Assembly: GCF_001457615.1 (NCBI RefSeq)
Contig: NZ_LN831024.1
Location: 3,930,001-3,962,000, forward strand
Origin: Pseudomonas aeruginosa
GTDB taxonomy: Bacteria > Pseudomonadota > Gammaproteobacteria > Pseudomonadales > Pseudomonadaceae
Length of the DNA stretch: 32,000 bases
Direction of reading: 5' to 3'
Made by a program: the position numbers and the translations under genes. Below are positions 1 to 8,597 of this stretch, in pieces (positions within the stretch are counted from its first letter, which is position 1; every line of letters starts with the position of its first letter). The notes beneath the pieces were generated by a model. The model saw only the letters and a list, made by a program, of their open reading frames with translations, did not search any database and had not been told where the DNA came from.

Positions 1-52
1 CCAGCCCCGCCAGGTTGCTGCGCACATTGCTGATCAGTTGCGTGCGATCCAC
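1..52 (-). CDS. flhA: Flagellar export protein FlhA, N-terminal fragment running off the window
   Basis: Reverse complement of 1-52 reads GTG GAT CGC ACG CAA CTG ATC AGC AAT GTG CGC AGC AAC CTG GCG GGG (V/M-D-R-T-Q-L-I-S-N-V-R-S-N-L-A-G), which resembles the Pseudomonas FlhA N-terminus; position downstream of flhB fits. Confidence 0.65.
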   Translation of the reverse strand, partial: MDRTQLISNVRSNLAGL

Positions 53-138
53 TCTCGACTCCCCTGCCCTGCGTATGGCGCCCGTAGGTGGGCGCCGAAC
101 AAACTTTTGACGCCGGAATGCGCGTCGGGCGGGTCATT

Positions 139-153
139 GCAGGAACCGTTCCA
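139..153 (-). promoter_or_regulatory. Candidate sigma54 (RpoN) -24/-12 promoter for flhA
   Basis: - strand reads TGGAAC GGTTC CTGC, close to TGGCAC-N5-TTGC with GG and GC correctly spaced; 87 bp upstream of the flhA GTG. Confidence 0.5.
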
Positions 154-191
154 ACTTTTCAATTCATTGATTGAAAAAGGGTTTTCGCCAA

Positions 192-1544
192 TCACCAACT
201 GCCGGAGGCGCCACCACCGCCACTCGAGCCTCCGCCGCCGGAGAACGAGTCCGAAGACGAACTGGACGAACTCGACGACGAGGAAGACGAGGAACCCGAT
301 GAGCTAGCGTAATCGCCGCCGCGCCGACGCCCTCCCCCCGAGCCGCCGGCGCTGAAATTGCAACCGATGAGCAGCGGCAGGCAAGCGGCGGGCAGGATGA
401 TCAGCGCCTCGATGCTGTTCAGCGGGTCGTCCACCAGCAACAGCAGACACTCCAGGGCCAGGGTCAGCAGCAGGCCGAGCAGGCCCGGCAGGTAGGCCCA
501 GCGCCGTCCTCTGCGCAGCCCCTGCCAGGCACCGGCCAGCATCAGCAGGGTCAGCCCCAGCGAAAGCGGCACGGCCAATCCGTAATGAAGCACCGGCAGG
601 CCATAACGGCCGTAGGCCCAGAACAGCCCCAGCGCATAGAGCACAAGAATGGCGAAGAACCAGCGGGCACCGCGCGAATACTTGAGCAAGGCGCCGAAGC
701 CGACGCCCAGGACCGCCACCATCTCCGCCAGCGCCACCATCGCCCATGCCGGCCAGTGTCGCCCCAGTGCCAACGCCGCAGCGAGCGCCACTACCGTACC
801 CAGGGTCCAGTACCAGGCGCGCGGGCGTACCAGCAGCGCCACCCCGCCGAGAGCGCCGAGCAGGAATGCGATAGCCAGGGTCTGCCGTACCGCGCCGGGC
901 TCCAGCGGGTCGCGCGGCGGCGGCGGCAACGCCTCGCCGTCGATCAGTCGTACCAGGCGCTGCGCCGCCGCTTCCAGGCCGCCGGCGTAGTCTTGCTGAC
1001 GGAACGCAGGGGTCATGTATTCGCGGATGATCCGCCCGGCATCGATGTCGGTGATCGTTCCTTCCAGGCCATAGCCGACTTCAATGCGCATGCGCCGGTC
1101 GTCCTTCGCCACCAGCACCAGGACGCCGTCATCGATCCCCTTGCGCCCCAGCTTCCACGCCTCGAAGACCCGCGTCGCATAGGCCTCGATGCTGTCCGGA
1201 TAGGTGCTGGGCACCATCAGGATCGCTACCTGGGCACCCTTCCGGGCCTCCAGCGCGGCCAGCGAAGCTTCCAGGCGGGCACGCTCGGCGGCGTCGAGGG
1301 TCGCGGTAAGGTCGGTCACCCGCCGCGCCAGCGCCGGAACCTCCGCGGACTCGTAGCCCGCATCGCGCGCTGCCTCGGCCTCGGCGCCGACCGCCGATGC
1401 CTCCACGGCCTCCTCCTCGACATCGGACGCTGCCACCGCGACGGTGACCGGCACCGTCGCGGTGGCAACGGAGGGAATCGCGGCGGCGCAGAGCAGCATG
1501 CCGAACAGGCGAAGCATGGCGAGATAACGCGTGATTGCAGACAT
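192..1544 (-). CDS. TPM-domain (YgcG-like) membrane protein with C-terminal poly-Ser/Gly tail
   Basis: Protein from MSAITRYLAMLRL...; TPM-like core (RVTDLTATLDAAERARLEASLAALEARKGAQVAILMV...DDGVLVLVAKDDRRMRIEVGYGLEG), several TM segments, C-terminus SSSSSSSSDSFSGGGGSSGGGGASGSW. The ORF extends to 2111 but the upstream part is a low-complexity reading of the neighbouring gene. Confidence 0.85.
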   Translation of the reverse strand: MSAITRYLAMLRLFGMLLCAAAIPSVATATVPVTVAVAASDVEEEAVEASAVGAEAEAARDAGYESAEVPALARRVTDLTATLDAAERARLEASLAALEARKGAQVAILMVPSTYPDSIEAYATRVFEAWKLGRKGIDDGVLVLVAKDDRRMRIEVGYGLEGTITDIDAGRIIREYMTPAFRQQDYAGGLEAAAQRLVRLIDGEALPPPPRDPLEPGAVRQTLAIAFLLGALGGVALLVRPRAWYWTLGTVVALAAALALGRHWPAWAMVALAEMVAVLGVGFGALLKYSRGARWFFAILVLYALGLFWAYGRYGLPVLHYGLAVPLSLGLTLLMLAGAWQGLRRGRRWAYLPGLLGLLLTLALECLLLLVDDPLNSIEALIILPAACLPLLIGCNFSAGGSGGGRRRGGDYASSSGSSSSSSSSSSSSSSDSFSGGGGSSGGGGASGSW

Positions 1545-1576
1545 CCTTGTCTCCGAATGAAATGAACGGGAACCCA

Positions 1577-2851
1577 TTACCAACTGCCCGAGGCACCGCC
1601 TCCGCCGCTGGAACCACCGCCCCCGGAAAAGCCGCCGGACGACGAGGAGGAAGAGGAGGAGGAACCGCCGCCGGAGCTTCCCGACGAGCCTCCCCCCCCA
1701 CTCAGGCGTACCTGGCCGAACACCAGCAGCCCGAGCATGAGCAGGAACGGTAGCAGGGCCAGCCAGACCAGCGGTACGTCCAGGCCACCGGACAGCAATC
1801 CGAGCAGCAGGTAGGCCGCCAGCAACGCCCACAGTCGGCGGTGGAAACTTTTCCGCCGCTCGCGCCATAGCGAGCGCATCAGGCGGTAGTTCGACCAGCA
1901 GAGAACCGCCAGCATCAGCACCCCGGCCGGCCACAGCAGGCCGTAGATGAAGGACACCGCGCTGAACCAATGCGCCGCCAGCCCGAGCAGGGCTACATAG
2001 ACCAGTACGCCGATCACCAGGTAGAAGGCCGGGCGCACCGTCCACAGCGCGCCGAAGGTCGCGCCGCCGACCAGCATGCACAGCGGAGCGACCAGCAGCA
2101 CGCTCATCCATTCGCCGGAAGCGCCGGCCAGCGTGCCCAGCAGCCAGCAGAGCAGCGCCCCGCCGAGCAGCCAGGGCCAGCGCAGCGCCCGGGCACTCAA
2201 CAGCACTCCGGCCAACGATCCGTAGATGAAGGCGACCAGCAGCGCCCAGGCTTCCGCCGGCAATTGCCCCAGCGAGACTTTCGGCGCACCCGACGACGCG
2301 GCCGCCGGCAGCGTTTCGCCGTCGACCAGGCGGATCAGCTCGTCCACCGCGGCCTCGATCCCGCCGGCGTAGTCGCCCTCGCGAAATGCCGGGGCCATCC
2401 GCTCGCGAATGATCCGTCCGGCGACCACATCGGGCACCGCACCCTCCAGGCCGTAGCCGACCTCGATGCGCATGCGCCGGTCATCCTTGGCCACCACCAG
2501 CAGCAGACCGTCGTCGACCGCCTTGCGGCCGAGCTTCCAGGCCTGGAACAACTTGTCGGAGAAGGCTTCGATATCGAGGGTACCGGTAGTCGGCAGCATC
2601 ACCACCGCGATCTGCGCACCGCGTCGCCGCTCCAGCGCCTCGAGCTTCTCCACCAGGCGTTGGCGCGTCGCCTCGTCCAGCGTGTGGGTGGCATCCACCA
2701 CCCGCTCCGACAGGGGCAAGGCGACCCATTCCGCCGGCGCTTCGGCGTGCGCAGGCATCCAGGGCAGCAGCCAGGCCAGGGCGAGCAACAGGAGGACAGG
2801 CGGGAAAATACGATCAGACAAGGTTCGATCCATGAACGGCAAAGCTCTCAT
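1577..2851 (-). CDS. TPM-domain (YgcG-like) membrane protein, tandem paralog of the preceding gene (start could be 2851 or 2833)
   Basis: Shares ...VDDGLLLVVAKDDRRMRIEVGYGLEGAVPDVVAGRIIRERMAPAFREGDYAGGIEAA... and an identical C-terminus FSGGGGSSGGGGASGSW. Confidence 0.85.
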   Translation of the reverse strand: MRALPFMDRTLSDRIFPPVLLLLALAWLLPWMPAHAEAPAEWVALPLSERVVDATHTLDEATRQRLVEKLEALERRRGAQIAVVMLPTTGTLDIEAFSDKLFQAWKLGRKAVDDGLLLVVAKDDRRMRIEVGYGLEGAVPDVVAGRIIRERMAPAFREGDYAGGIEAAVDELIRLVDGETLPAAASSGAPKVSLGQLPAEAWALLVAFIYGSLAGVLLSARALRWPWLLGGALLCWLLGTLAGASGEWMSVLLVAPLCMLVGGATFGALWTVRPAFYLVIGVLVYVALLGLAAHWFSAVSFIYGLLWPAGVLMLAVLCWSNYRLMRSLWRERRKSFHRRLWALLAAYLLLGLLSGGLDVPLVWLALLPFLLMLGLLVFGQVRLSGGGGSSGSSGGGSSSSSSSSSGGFSGGGGSSGGGGASGSW

Positions 2852-2905
2852 CCCGAGCGGGTATCGGCCAAGGCTGCCACAGCGCGGCGCGCAGCTCCAG
2901 CCCGG

Positions 2906-4042
2906 TCACTCGTCGCGACGCAGGTCCGGCGGGATCGGCAGGTCCTTCAACGGGCTCGGCCGCTTGCCCTTGCCGGCCTGGTACTGCTTGAGCTGGTAGA
3001 CATAGGCCAGCACCTGGGCCACGGCGAGATAGAGCCCGGCGGGAATCTCCTGATCCAGCTCGGTGGAGTAGTACACCGCTCGCGCCAGCGCCGGCGACTC
3101 CATGACCATCACCTTGTGCTCCTGGGCCACCTCGCGGATCTTCAGGGCCAGGAAATCGTTGCCCTTGGCCAGCAGCAGCGGCGCCCCGCCGCCCGCCGGG
3201 TCGTACTTCAGGGCTACGGCGAAGTGGGTCGGGTTGGTGATCACCACGTCGGCCTCCGGCACCGCCGCCATCATCCGTCTCTGCGCCATCTCGCGCTGCA
3301 TCTGGCGGATCTTCGACTTGACCTCGGGCTTGCCCTCGGAGTCCTTGTATTCGTCGCGGACTTCCTGCTTGGTCATCAGCAGCTTCTGGCGGTTGTCCCA
3401 GATCTGGTAGGGCACGTCCACCGCGGCGATCAGCAGCAGGCTGCAGGCCATCCAGAAGGCGCTCCAGCCGACCACCCGCACGCTGTGCAGGATCGCCTGC
3501 TCGAGCGGCTGGTGCGCCAGCGCCAGGAGGGCGTCGCGGTCGGCGGAGAGCACCAGCAGGGCCACCGCCAGCACCACCAGGAACTTGATCAGCGCCTTGC
3601 TCAGTTCGAGCAGCGACTTGGCGGAAAACATCCGCTTCAGCCCCGACAGCGGGTTGAGCCGGCTGAACTTGGGTTGCAGGGCGTCCATCGAGAACAGCCA
3701 GCCGCCGAGGGCGATCGGCCCGACGATCGCCGCCACCAGCAGCATCAGCAGGATCGGCCAGAGCCCCTGGGCAGCCAGGTAGGCCGAAGCGCCGAGCAAT
3801 TGCAGCATGCTCTCGGTATTCATCGCGGTTTCCCGGGACAGCTCGAAATTGCTGCGCATCAGGCGCAACAGGGCGCCCGCCAGGTCGGCGCCGTAGATCA
3901 GCAGGCCGCCGGCGCCGGCCATGAGGATGGCCAGGGTGTTCAGCTCCCGCGAACGCGGCAACTGCCCTTTCTCGCGCGCCTCGCGGCGGCGTTTCTCCGT
4001 GGGTTCCTCTGTCTTGTCCTGCCCGCTCTCGCTCTCGGCCAT
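2906..4042 (-). CDS. flhB: Flagellar biosynthesis protein FlhB
   Basis: 378 aa, MAESESGQDKTEEPTEKRRREAREKGQLPRSRELN..., autocleavage motif NPTH in VVITNPTHFAVAL. Confidence 0.95.
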   Translation of the reverse strand: MAESESGQDKTEEPTEKRRREAREKGQLPRSRELNTLAILMAGAGGLLIYGADLAGALLRLMRSNFELSRETAMNTESMLQLLGASAYLAAQGLWPILLMLLVAAIVGPIALGGWLFSMDALQPKFSRLNPLSGLKRMFSAKSLLELSKALIKFLVVLAVALLVLSADRDALLALAHQPLEQAILHSVRVVGWSAFWMACSLLLIAAVDVPYQIWDNRQKLLMTKQEVRDEYKDSEGKPEVKSKIRQMQREMAQRRMMAAVPEADVVITNPTHFAVALKYDPAGGGAPLLLAKGNDFLALKIREVAQEHKVMVMESPALARAVYYSTELDQEIPAGLYLAVAQVLAYVYQLKQYQAGKGKRPSPLKDLPIPPDLRRDE

Positions 4043-4044
4043 GG

Positions 4045-4821
4045 CTATTTCGCCCGCACCAGTTCACGGAGGAATTGCAGGGCCTCGCCGGCCAGCACCT
4101 GGTACTGGCTGAGCAGGTCGGCGGTGCCGATCCAGAGGATCACCAGGCCCAGCACCAGGGTCAACGGAAAGCCGATGGAGAAGATGTTCAGTTGCGGCGC
4201 CGCGCGGGTCATGGCGCCGAAGGCGAGGTTCACCACCAGCAGCGCGGTGATCGCCGGCAGCGCCAGCAGCAGTGCCGCGCCCATCACCCAGCCGAGCTTG
4301 CCGGCGATGATCCAGAAATGGTTGCCGCTCAGGCCCTCGCCCACCGGCAGGGTGACGAAGCTCTCGGCGATTACCTCGAACACTACCAGGTGCCCGTTCA
4401 TCGCCAGGAACAGCAGCGTCACCAGCATGGTGAAGAACTGGCCGAGCACCGGCACCGAGACGCCGTTGGCCGGGTCAACCATGGAAGCGAAGCCCAGGCC
4501 CATCTGCATCGAGATGATCTGCCCGGCGATCACGAAGGCGTGGAACAGCAACTGCAGGGAAAAGCCGAGCAAGGCGCCGACCAGGATCTGCTCGCCGATC
4601 AGCAGCATGGCCTTCATGCTCAGCGCGTCCACCTGCGGCATCGGCGGCAGGTTCGGCACCAGCACCACGCAGACGCCCAGCGCCAGGTAGAGGCGCACCC
4701 GCACCGGCACCAGCTGGGTGCCGATCACCGGCATGGTCATCAGCAGCGCCGCGACCCGGAACAGCGGCAGCACGAAGCTGGCGATCCAGCCGCCGATCTG
4801 CGCGTTGGTCAGCTCCAGCAT
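4045..4821 (-). CDS. fliR: Flagellar biosynthesis protein FliR
   Basis: Hydrophobic protein starting MLELTNAQIGGWIASFVLPLFRVAALLM at 4821; the longer ORF to 5049 overlaps fliQ in another frame. Confidence 0.93.
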   Translation of the reverse strand: MLELTNAQIGGWIASFVLPLFRVAALLMTMPVIGTQLVPVRVRLYLALGVCVVLVPNLPPMPQVDALSMKAMLLIGEQILVGALLGFSLQLLFHAFVIAGQIISMQMGLGFASMVDPANGVSVPVLGQFFTMLVTLLFLAMNGHLVVFEVIAESFVTLPVGEGLSGNHFWIIAGKLGWVMGAALLLALPAITALLVVNLAFGAMTRAAPQLNIFSIGFPLTLVLGLVILWIGTADLLSQYQVLAGEALQFLRELVRAK

Positions 4822-5090
4822 CAGCCGATCAGCAGCGGGATGTTGCCGATCAGCGTCTGGGTGTACTCCATCAGCTGCCGCAGCAGCCAGGGGCCCAGCA
4901 CGATCAGGGTGAGCAGGATCACCATCAGGCGCGGCAGGAAGCTCAGGGTCTGTTCGTTGATCTGGGTGGCGGCCTGGAACATCGCCACCACGAGACCGAC
5001 CAGCAGGCTCGGAACCACCAGCACGCCGACGATCATCGCCGTCAGCCACAACGCCTCGCGGAACAGGTCGAGTGCCACCTCAGGGGTCAT
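4821..5090 (-). CDS. fliQ: Flagellar biosynthesis protein FliQ
   Basis: 89 aa, MTPEVALDLFREALWLTAMIVGVLVVPSLLVGLVVAMFQAATQINEQTLSFLPRL. Confidence 0.95.
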   Translation of the reverse strand: MTPEVALDLFREALWLTAMIVGVLVVPSLLVGLVVAMFQAATQINEQTLSFLPRLMVILLTLIVLGPWLLRQLMEYTQTLIGNIPLLIG

Positions 5091-5134
5091 GTCTCTCTCC
5101 AGCGCGCCAGCGGCGCGTCAAGCCGGCGGCACCG

Positions 5135-5902
5135 CTAGACGGTGCCGAAACTGCCCGCCAGCGTCCCGATGATCAGCGCCCAGCCATCCACCAGGACGAA
5201 CAGCATGATCTTGAACGGCAGGGAAATGATCAGCGGCGACAGCATCATCATGCCCATCGCCATCAGCACGCTGGACACCACCAGGTCGATGATCAGGAAC
5301 GGGATGAAGATCATGAAGCCGATCTGGAACGCGGTCTTCAGCTCGGACGTGACGAAGGCCGGGACCAGGATGGTCAGCGGCGTCGCCTCCGGGCTGCCGA
5401 TGTCGGTGCGCTTGGACAGGCGGACGAACAGCTCCAGGTCGGAGGTACGAGTCTGCGCCAGCATGAACGCCTTCAGCGGTACCTCGGCCTTTTGCAGGGC
5501 TTCCTGGGCGGGAATCTGCTCGTTCAGGTAGGGCTGCAGGGCCTGGCTGTTGATCTTGTCGAACACCGGGGCCATGACGAACATGGTCAGGAACAGCGCC
5601 AGCCCCACCAGCACCTGGTTCGACGGCGTCGATTGCAGGCCCAGCGCCTGGCGCAGGATGGAGAAGACGATGATGATCCGGGTGAAGCTGGTCATCAGCA
5701 TGACGAACGCCGGGATGAAGCTCAGCGCGGTCATGATCAGCAGGATCTGCAGGCTGACCGAATACTCCTGCTGGCCCTGGCCGTTGGTGGTCACGGTGAT
5801 CGCCGAGATCGATGTCGGGTCGGCGGCCAGCGCCGGCCACGGCGCCAGCAGCAGAAGGCAGAGCGCGGCGAGCGCGCCGGCCAGGGAGATGCGCGGAGTC
5901 AT
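5135..5902 (-). CDS. fliP: Flagellar biosynthesis protein FliP
   Basis: 255 aa, signal peptide, [37 protein letters not shown]...[24 protein letters not shown]. Confidence 0.96.
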
Positions 5903-6351
5903 GGCTTGCCCTTGGGGTCCTTGTTCAGCAGCTCCAGCAGGCGCTGGGCGAATTCCGGCGTGGCCGGCTCGCCGTCCGGCAGGTGTACCGGCTCCTTGAG
6001 CACGTGCAACGGCGTGATCCGGCCGGGCGTCAGGCCGAGCAGGATCTGCTCCTCACCGACCTGCACCAGCACCAGCCGGTCGCGCGGACCCAGCGGCTGG
6101 CTGGCAAGGGTGCGGATCAAGCGGTTGCCGCGCGGACCGGCCTGTTGCACCCGGCGCACCAGCCAGGCGAGCAGGAAGATCAGGCCGATCACCAGGCCCA
6201 GGCCGAGCACCAGTTGGGCCAGTTGCGCGGCGGCGCCGGAAGCGGCGCCCACCGTCGGCGCGGCGGCACCCGTCGTCCCCTCGGCGGCGCACAGCGGCGC
6301 GCTCAGCGAGGCGAGTGCCGGCAGGAAGCCGGCGAACAGGTAGCGACGCAT
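5899..6351 (-). CDS. fliO: Flagellar protein FliO
   Basis: 150 aa, one TM segment then [42 protein letters not shown]; ATGA overlap with fliP. Confidence 0.92.
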
Positions 6352-6352
6352 G

Positions 6353-6826
6353 TCAGCGCAGCTTCTTGATGCGTTCGCTGGGACTGATCACGTCGGTCAG
6401 GCGGATGCCGAACTTCTCGTTCACTACCACCACCTCGCCGTGGGCGATCAGGGTGCCGTTGACCAGTACGTCCAGCGGCTCGCCGGCCAGGCGATCGAGT
6501 TCGATCACCGACCCCTGGTTGAGCTGCAGCAGGTTGCGGATGCTGATGTCGGTATGCCCGACCTCCATGGAAATGGTCACCGGGATGTCCAGGATCACAT
6601 CCAGGTTGGGCCCCTCCAGGCCGGAAATGGTCGGTGCCTTCGGCGAAGCGCCGAACTCTTCCATCGGCGCCCGCGGGGTACTCGGCTCCGCCACGGGAGT
6701 CGCGCCGCCCTGGGCCATCAGCGCATCGATGTCGTCCTGGCTGGCGTCGCCCGCCTCGGCCAGCGCCGCCGCCCACTCGTCGGCCAGTGCCTGTTCCTCG
6801 GTGGTCACTTTTTCTTCGTCTGCCAT
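6353..6826 (-). CDS. fliN: Flagellar motor switch protein FliN
   Basis: 157 aa, NLDVILDIPVTISMEVGHTDISIRNLLQLNQGSVIELDRLAGEPLDVLVNGTLIAHGEVVVVNEKFGIRLTDVISPSERI. Confidence 0.97.
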   Translation of the reverse strand: MADEEKVTTEEQALADEWAAALAEAGDASQDDIDALMAQGGATPVAEPSTPRAPMEEFGASPKAPTISGLEGPNLDVILDIPVTISMEVGHTDISIRNLLQLNQGSVIELDRLAGEPLDVLVNGTLIAHGEVVVVNEKFGIRLTDVISPSERIKKLR

Positions 6827-6853
6827 GGTTCGTCTTTCCTCCGGGGGAAGCGG

Positions 6854-7825
6854 TCAGCGCGAGCGCTCGACCGCTTCGAGAATCTGTAGCGCCAGGTTGC
6901 CCTTGTGGGCGCCCAGCTTGACCTTGAAGGCGGGCACGCCGTTGGCGCGCATCACCATGTGTTCCGGCATCTCCACCGGGATCACGTCGCCCGGCTGCAT
7001 GTGCAGGATGTCGCGCAGCTTGAGCTGGCGGCGGACCACGGTGGCGCCGAGCGGTACCTGGACGTCCAGCACGTCCTCGCGCAGGGCCTTGATCCAGCGC
7101 TCGTCCTGGTCGTCGTGGTCGGACTGGAAACCGGCGTCGAGCATCTCGCGGATCGGCTCGATCATCGAGTAGGGCATGGTGATGTGCAGGTCGCCGCCAC
7201 CGCCGTCCAGTTCGATGTGGAAGGTGGAGACCACCACCACCTCGCTGGGACTGACGATGTTGGCCATGGCCGGGTTGACCTCCGAGTTGACGTACTCGAA
7301 GTTCATCTCCAGCACCGCCTGCCAGGCTTCCTTCAGATCGACGAAGGCCTGCTCCAGCACCATCCGCACCACCCGCAGTTCGGTCGGGGTGAACTCGCGG
7401 CCCTCGATCTTGGCGTGGCGGCCGTCGCCGCCGAAGAAGTTGTCCACCAGCTTGAACACCAGCTTGGCGTCGAGGATGAACAGCGCGGTGCCGCGCAGCG
7501 GCTTCATCTTCACCAGGTTGAGGCTGGTGGGAACGTACAGCGAGTGCACGTACTCGCCGAACTTCATCACCTGCACGCCGCCGACCGCGACGTCGGCCGA
7601 ACGGCGCAGCAGGTTGAACATGCTGATGCGGGTGTAGCGGGCGAAACGCTCGTTGATCATCTCCAGGGTCGGCATGCGGCCCCGGACGATGCGGTCCTGG
7701 CTGGTCAGGTCATAGGACTTGACCGATCCCGGCGTCGCCTCGACTTCGGTTTCCACCAGGCCATCGTCGACGCCGTGCAACAGCGCGTCGATTTCATCCT
7801 GGGAAAGCAGATCTTGCACGGCCAT
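6854..7825 (-). CDS. fliM: Flagellar motor switch protein FliM
   Basis: 323 aa, MAVQDLLSQDEIDALLHGVDDG...TLEMINERFARYTRISMFNLLRRSADV. Confidence 0.97.
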   Translation of the reverse strand: MAVQDLLSQDEIDALLHGVDDGLVETEVEATPGSVKSYDLTSQDRIVRGRMPTLEMINERFARYTRISMFNLLRRSADVAVGGVQVMKFGEYVHSLYVPTSLNLVKMKPLRGTALFILDAKLVFKLVDNFFGGDGRHAKIEGREFTPTELRVVRMVLEQAFVDLKEAWQAVLEMNFEYVNSEVNPAMANIVSPSEVVVVSTFHIELDGGGGDLHITMPYSMIEPIREMLDAGFQSDHDDQDERWIKALREDVLDVQVPLGATVVRRQLKLRDILHMQPGDVIPVEMPEHMVMRANGVPAFKVKLGAHKGNLALQILEAVERSR

Positions 7826-7832
7826 GGGATAC

Positions 7833-8354
7833 CTACTGCAGCACGAAATTGGTGAACAACACTTGTTCGATAGCCAGTTGGCCGGTTTCCTTCTTGGCCA
7901 GTTCCTGCAATCCGGCGGTCGCCTGCTGGCGGAGCATTTCCTTGCCCACCGGAGTCACCAGCGAGTCGAAACTCTGACTCGAGAACAGCATCACCAGTTT
8001 ATTGCGAACCAGCGGCATGTGCTCGCGCAATGCGTCCATCTGCGCCTTGTCGCGCCCCATCAACGCGACGCCGACCTGCATGTAGCGCTGCCGGCCGTTC
8101 TGGTTGAAGTTGACGACGAAGGCCGGCGCCAGGATCTCGTAGAGCGCCGGCTGCTTGCCCGGCTTCGCCGCCTCGCTGGCGACTTCCTCGGTCTTCTCGG
8201 CCTTCAGCGACTTGCTGAGGAAGAACCAGGTGCCGCCCACCGACAGGCCGATCGCCAGCAGCAGGCCGACCACGATCAGCAGGATCAGCTTCAGCTTGCT
8301 CTTGCCGCCGCTCGGAGCCCCCGCGTCGGCGGGTGTCGCCTCTTTCTTAGCCAT
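7833..8354 (-). CDS. fliL: Flagellar basal body-associated protein FliL
   Basis: 173 aa, N-terminal TM, YMQVGVALMGRDKAQMDALREHMPLVRNKLVMLFSSQSFDSL. Confidence 0.94.
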   Translation of the reverse strand: MAKKEATPADAGAPSGGKSKLKLILLIVVGLLLAIGLSVGGTWFFLSKSLKAEKTEEVASEAAKPGKQPALYEILAPAFVVNFNQNGRQRYMQVGVALMGRDKAQMDALREHMPLVRNKLVMLFSSQSFDSLVTPVGKEMLRQQATAGLQELAKKETGQLAIEQVLFTNFVLQ

Positions 8355-8404
8355 GCCAAAAATCCGTCGCTATAGCGTCAAATGAAGGGTTTCACAGGGG
8401 CAGA

Positions 8405-8419
8405 GCAAGGGTTGTGCCA
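8405..8419 (-). promoter_or_regulatory. sigma54 (RpoN) -24/-12 promoter for the fliL operon
   Basis: - strand reads TGGCAC AACCC TTGC, an exact match to TGGCAC-N5-TTGC, about 50 bp upstream of the fliL start. Confidence 0.88.
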
Positions 8420-8554
8420 TTTCTGCAACGCCGCCCCGCCTCCTGGGACCAGCCCCGGAGGGCTGTCCGAGATGATAGACGGCGCGGATATTACAGCCTG
8501 GCCACAGGAAATCATCCCCGTCTTTTGCGAAATTGCCCGCTCCGGAAAAAGAAA

Positions 8555-8572
8555 GGCCTCCCGCAGGAGGCC
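8555..8572 (-). terminator. Rho-independent terminator downstream of fliK
   Basis: - strand GGCCTCC TGCG GGAGGCC TTTCTTTTT: 7-bp perfect stem, 4-nt loop, T-rich tract; 25 bp after the fliK stop. Confidence 0.8.
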
Positions 8573-8597
8573 CAAAGGGGAAATGCAGTCGTTCGCC

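Noticed and set aside
1970-4690. 906-aa + strand ORF across the TPM gene, flhB and fliR
   Set aside because: Antisense to three well-supported genes, low-complexity composition and no domain signal.
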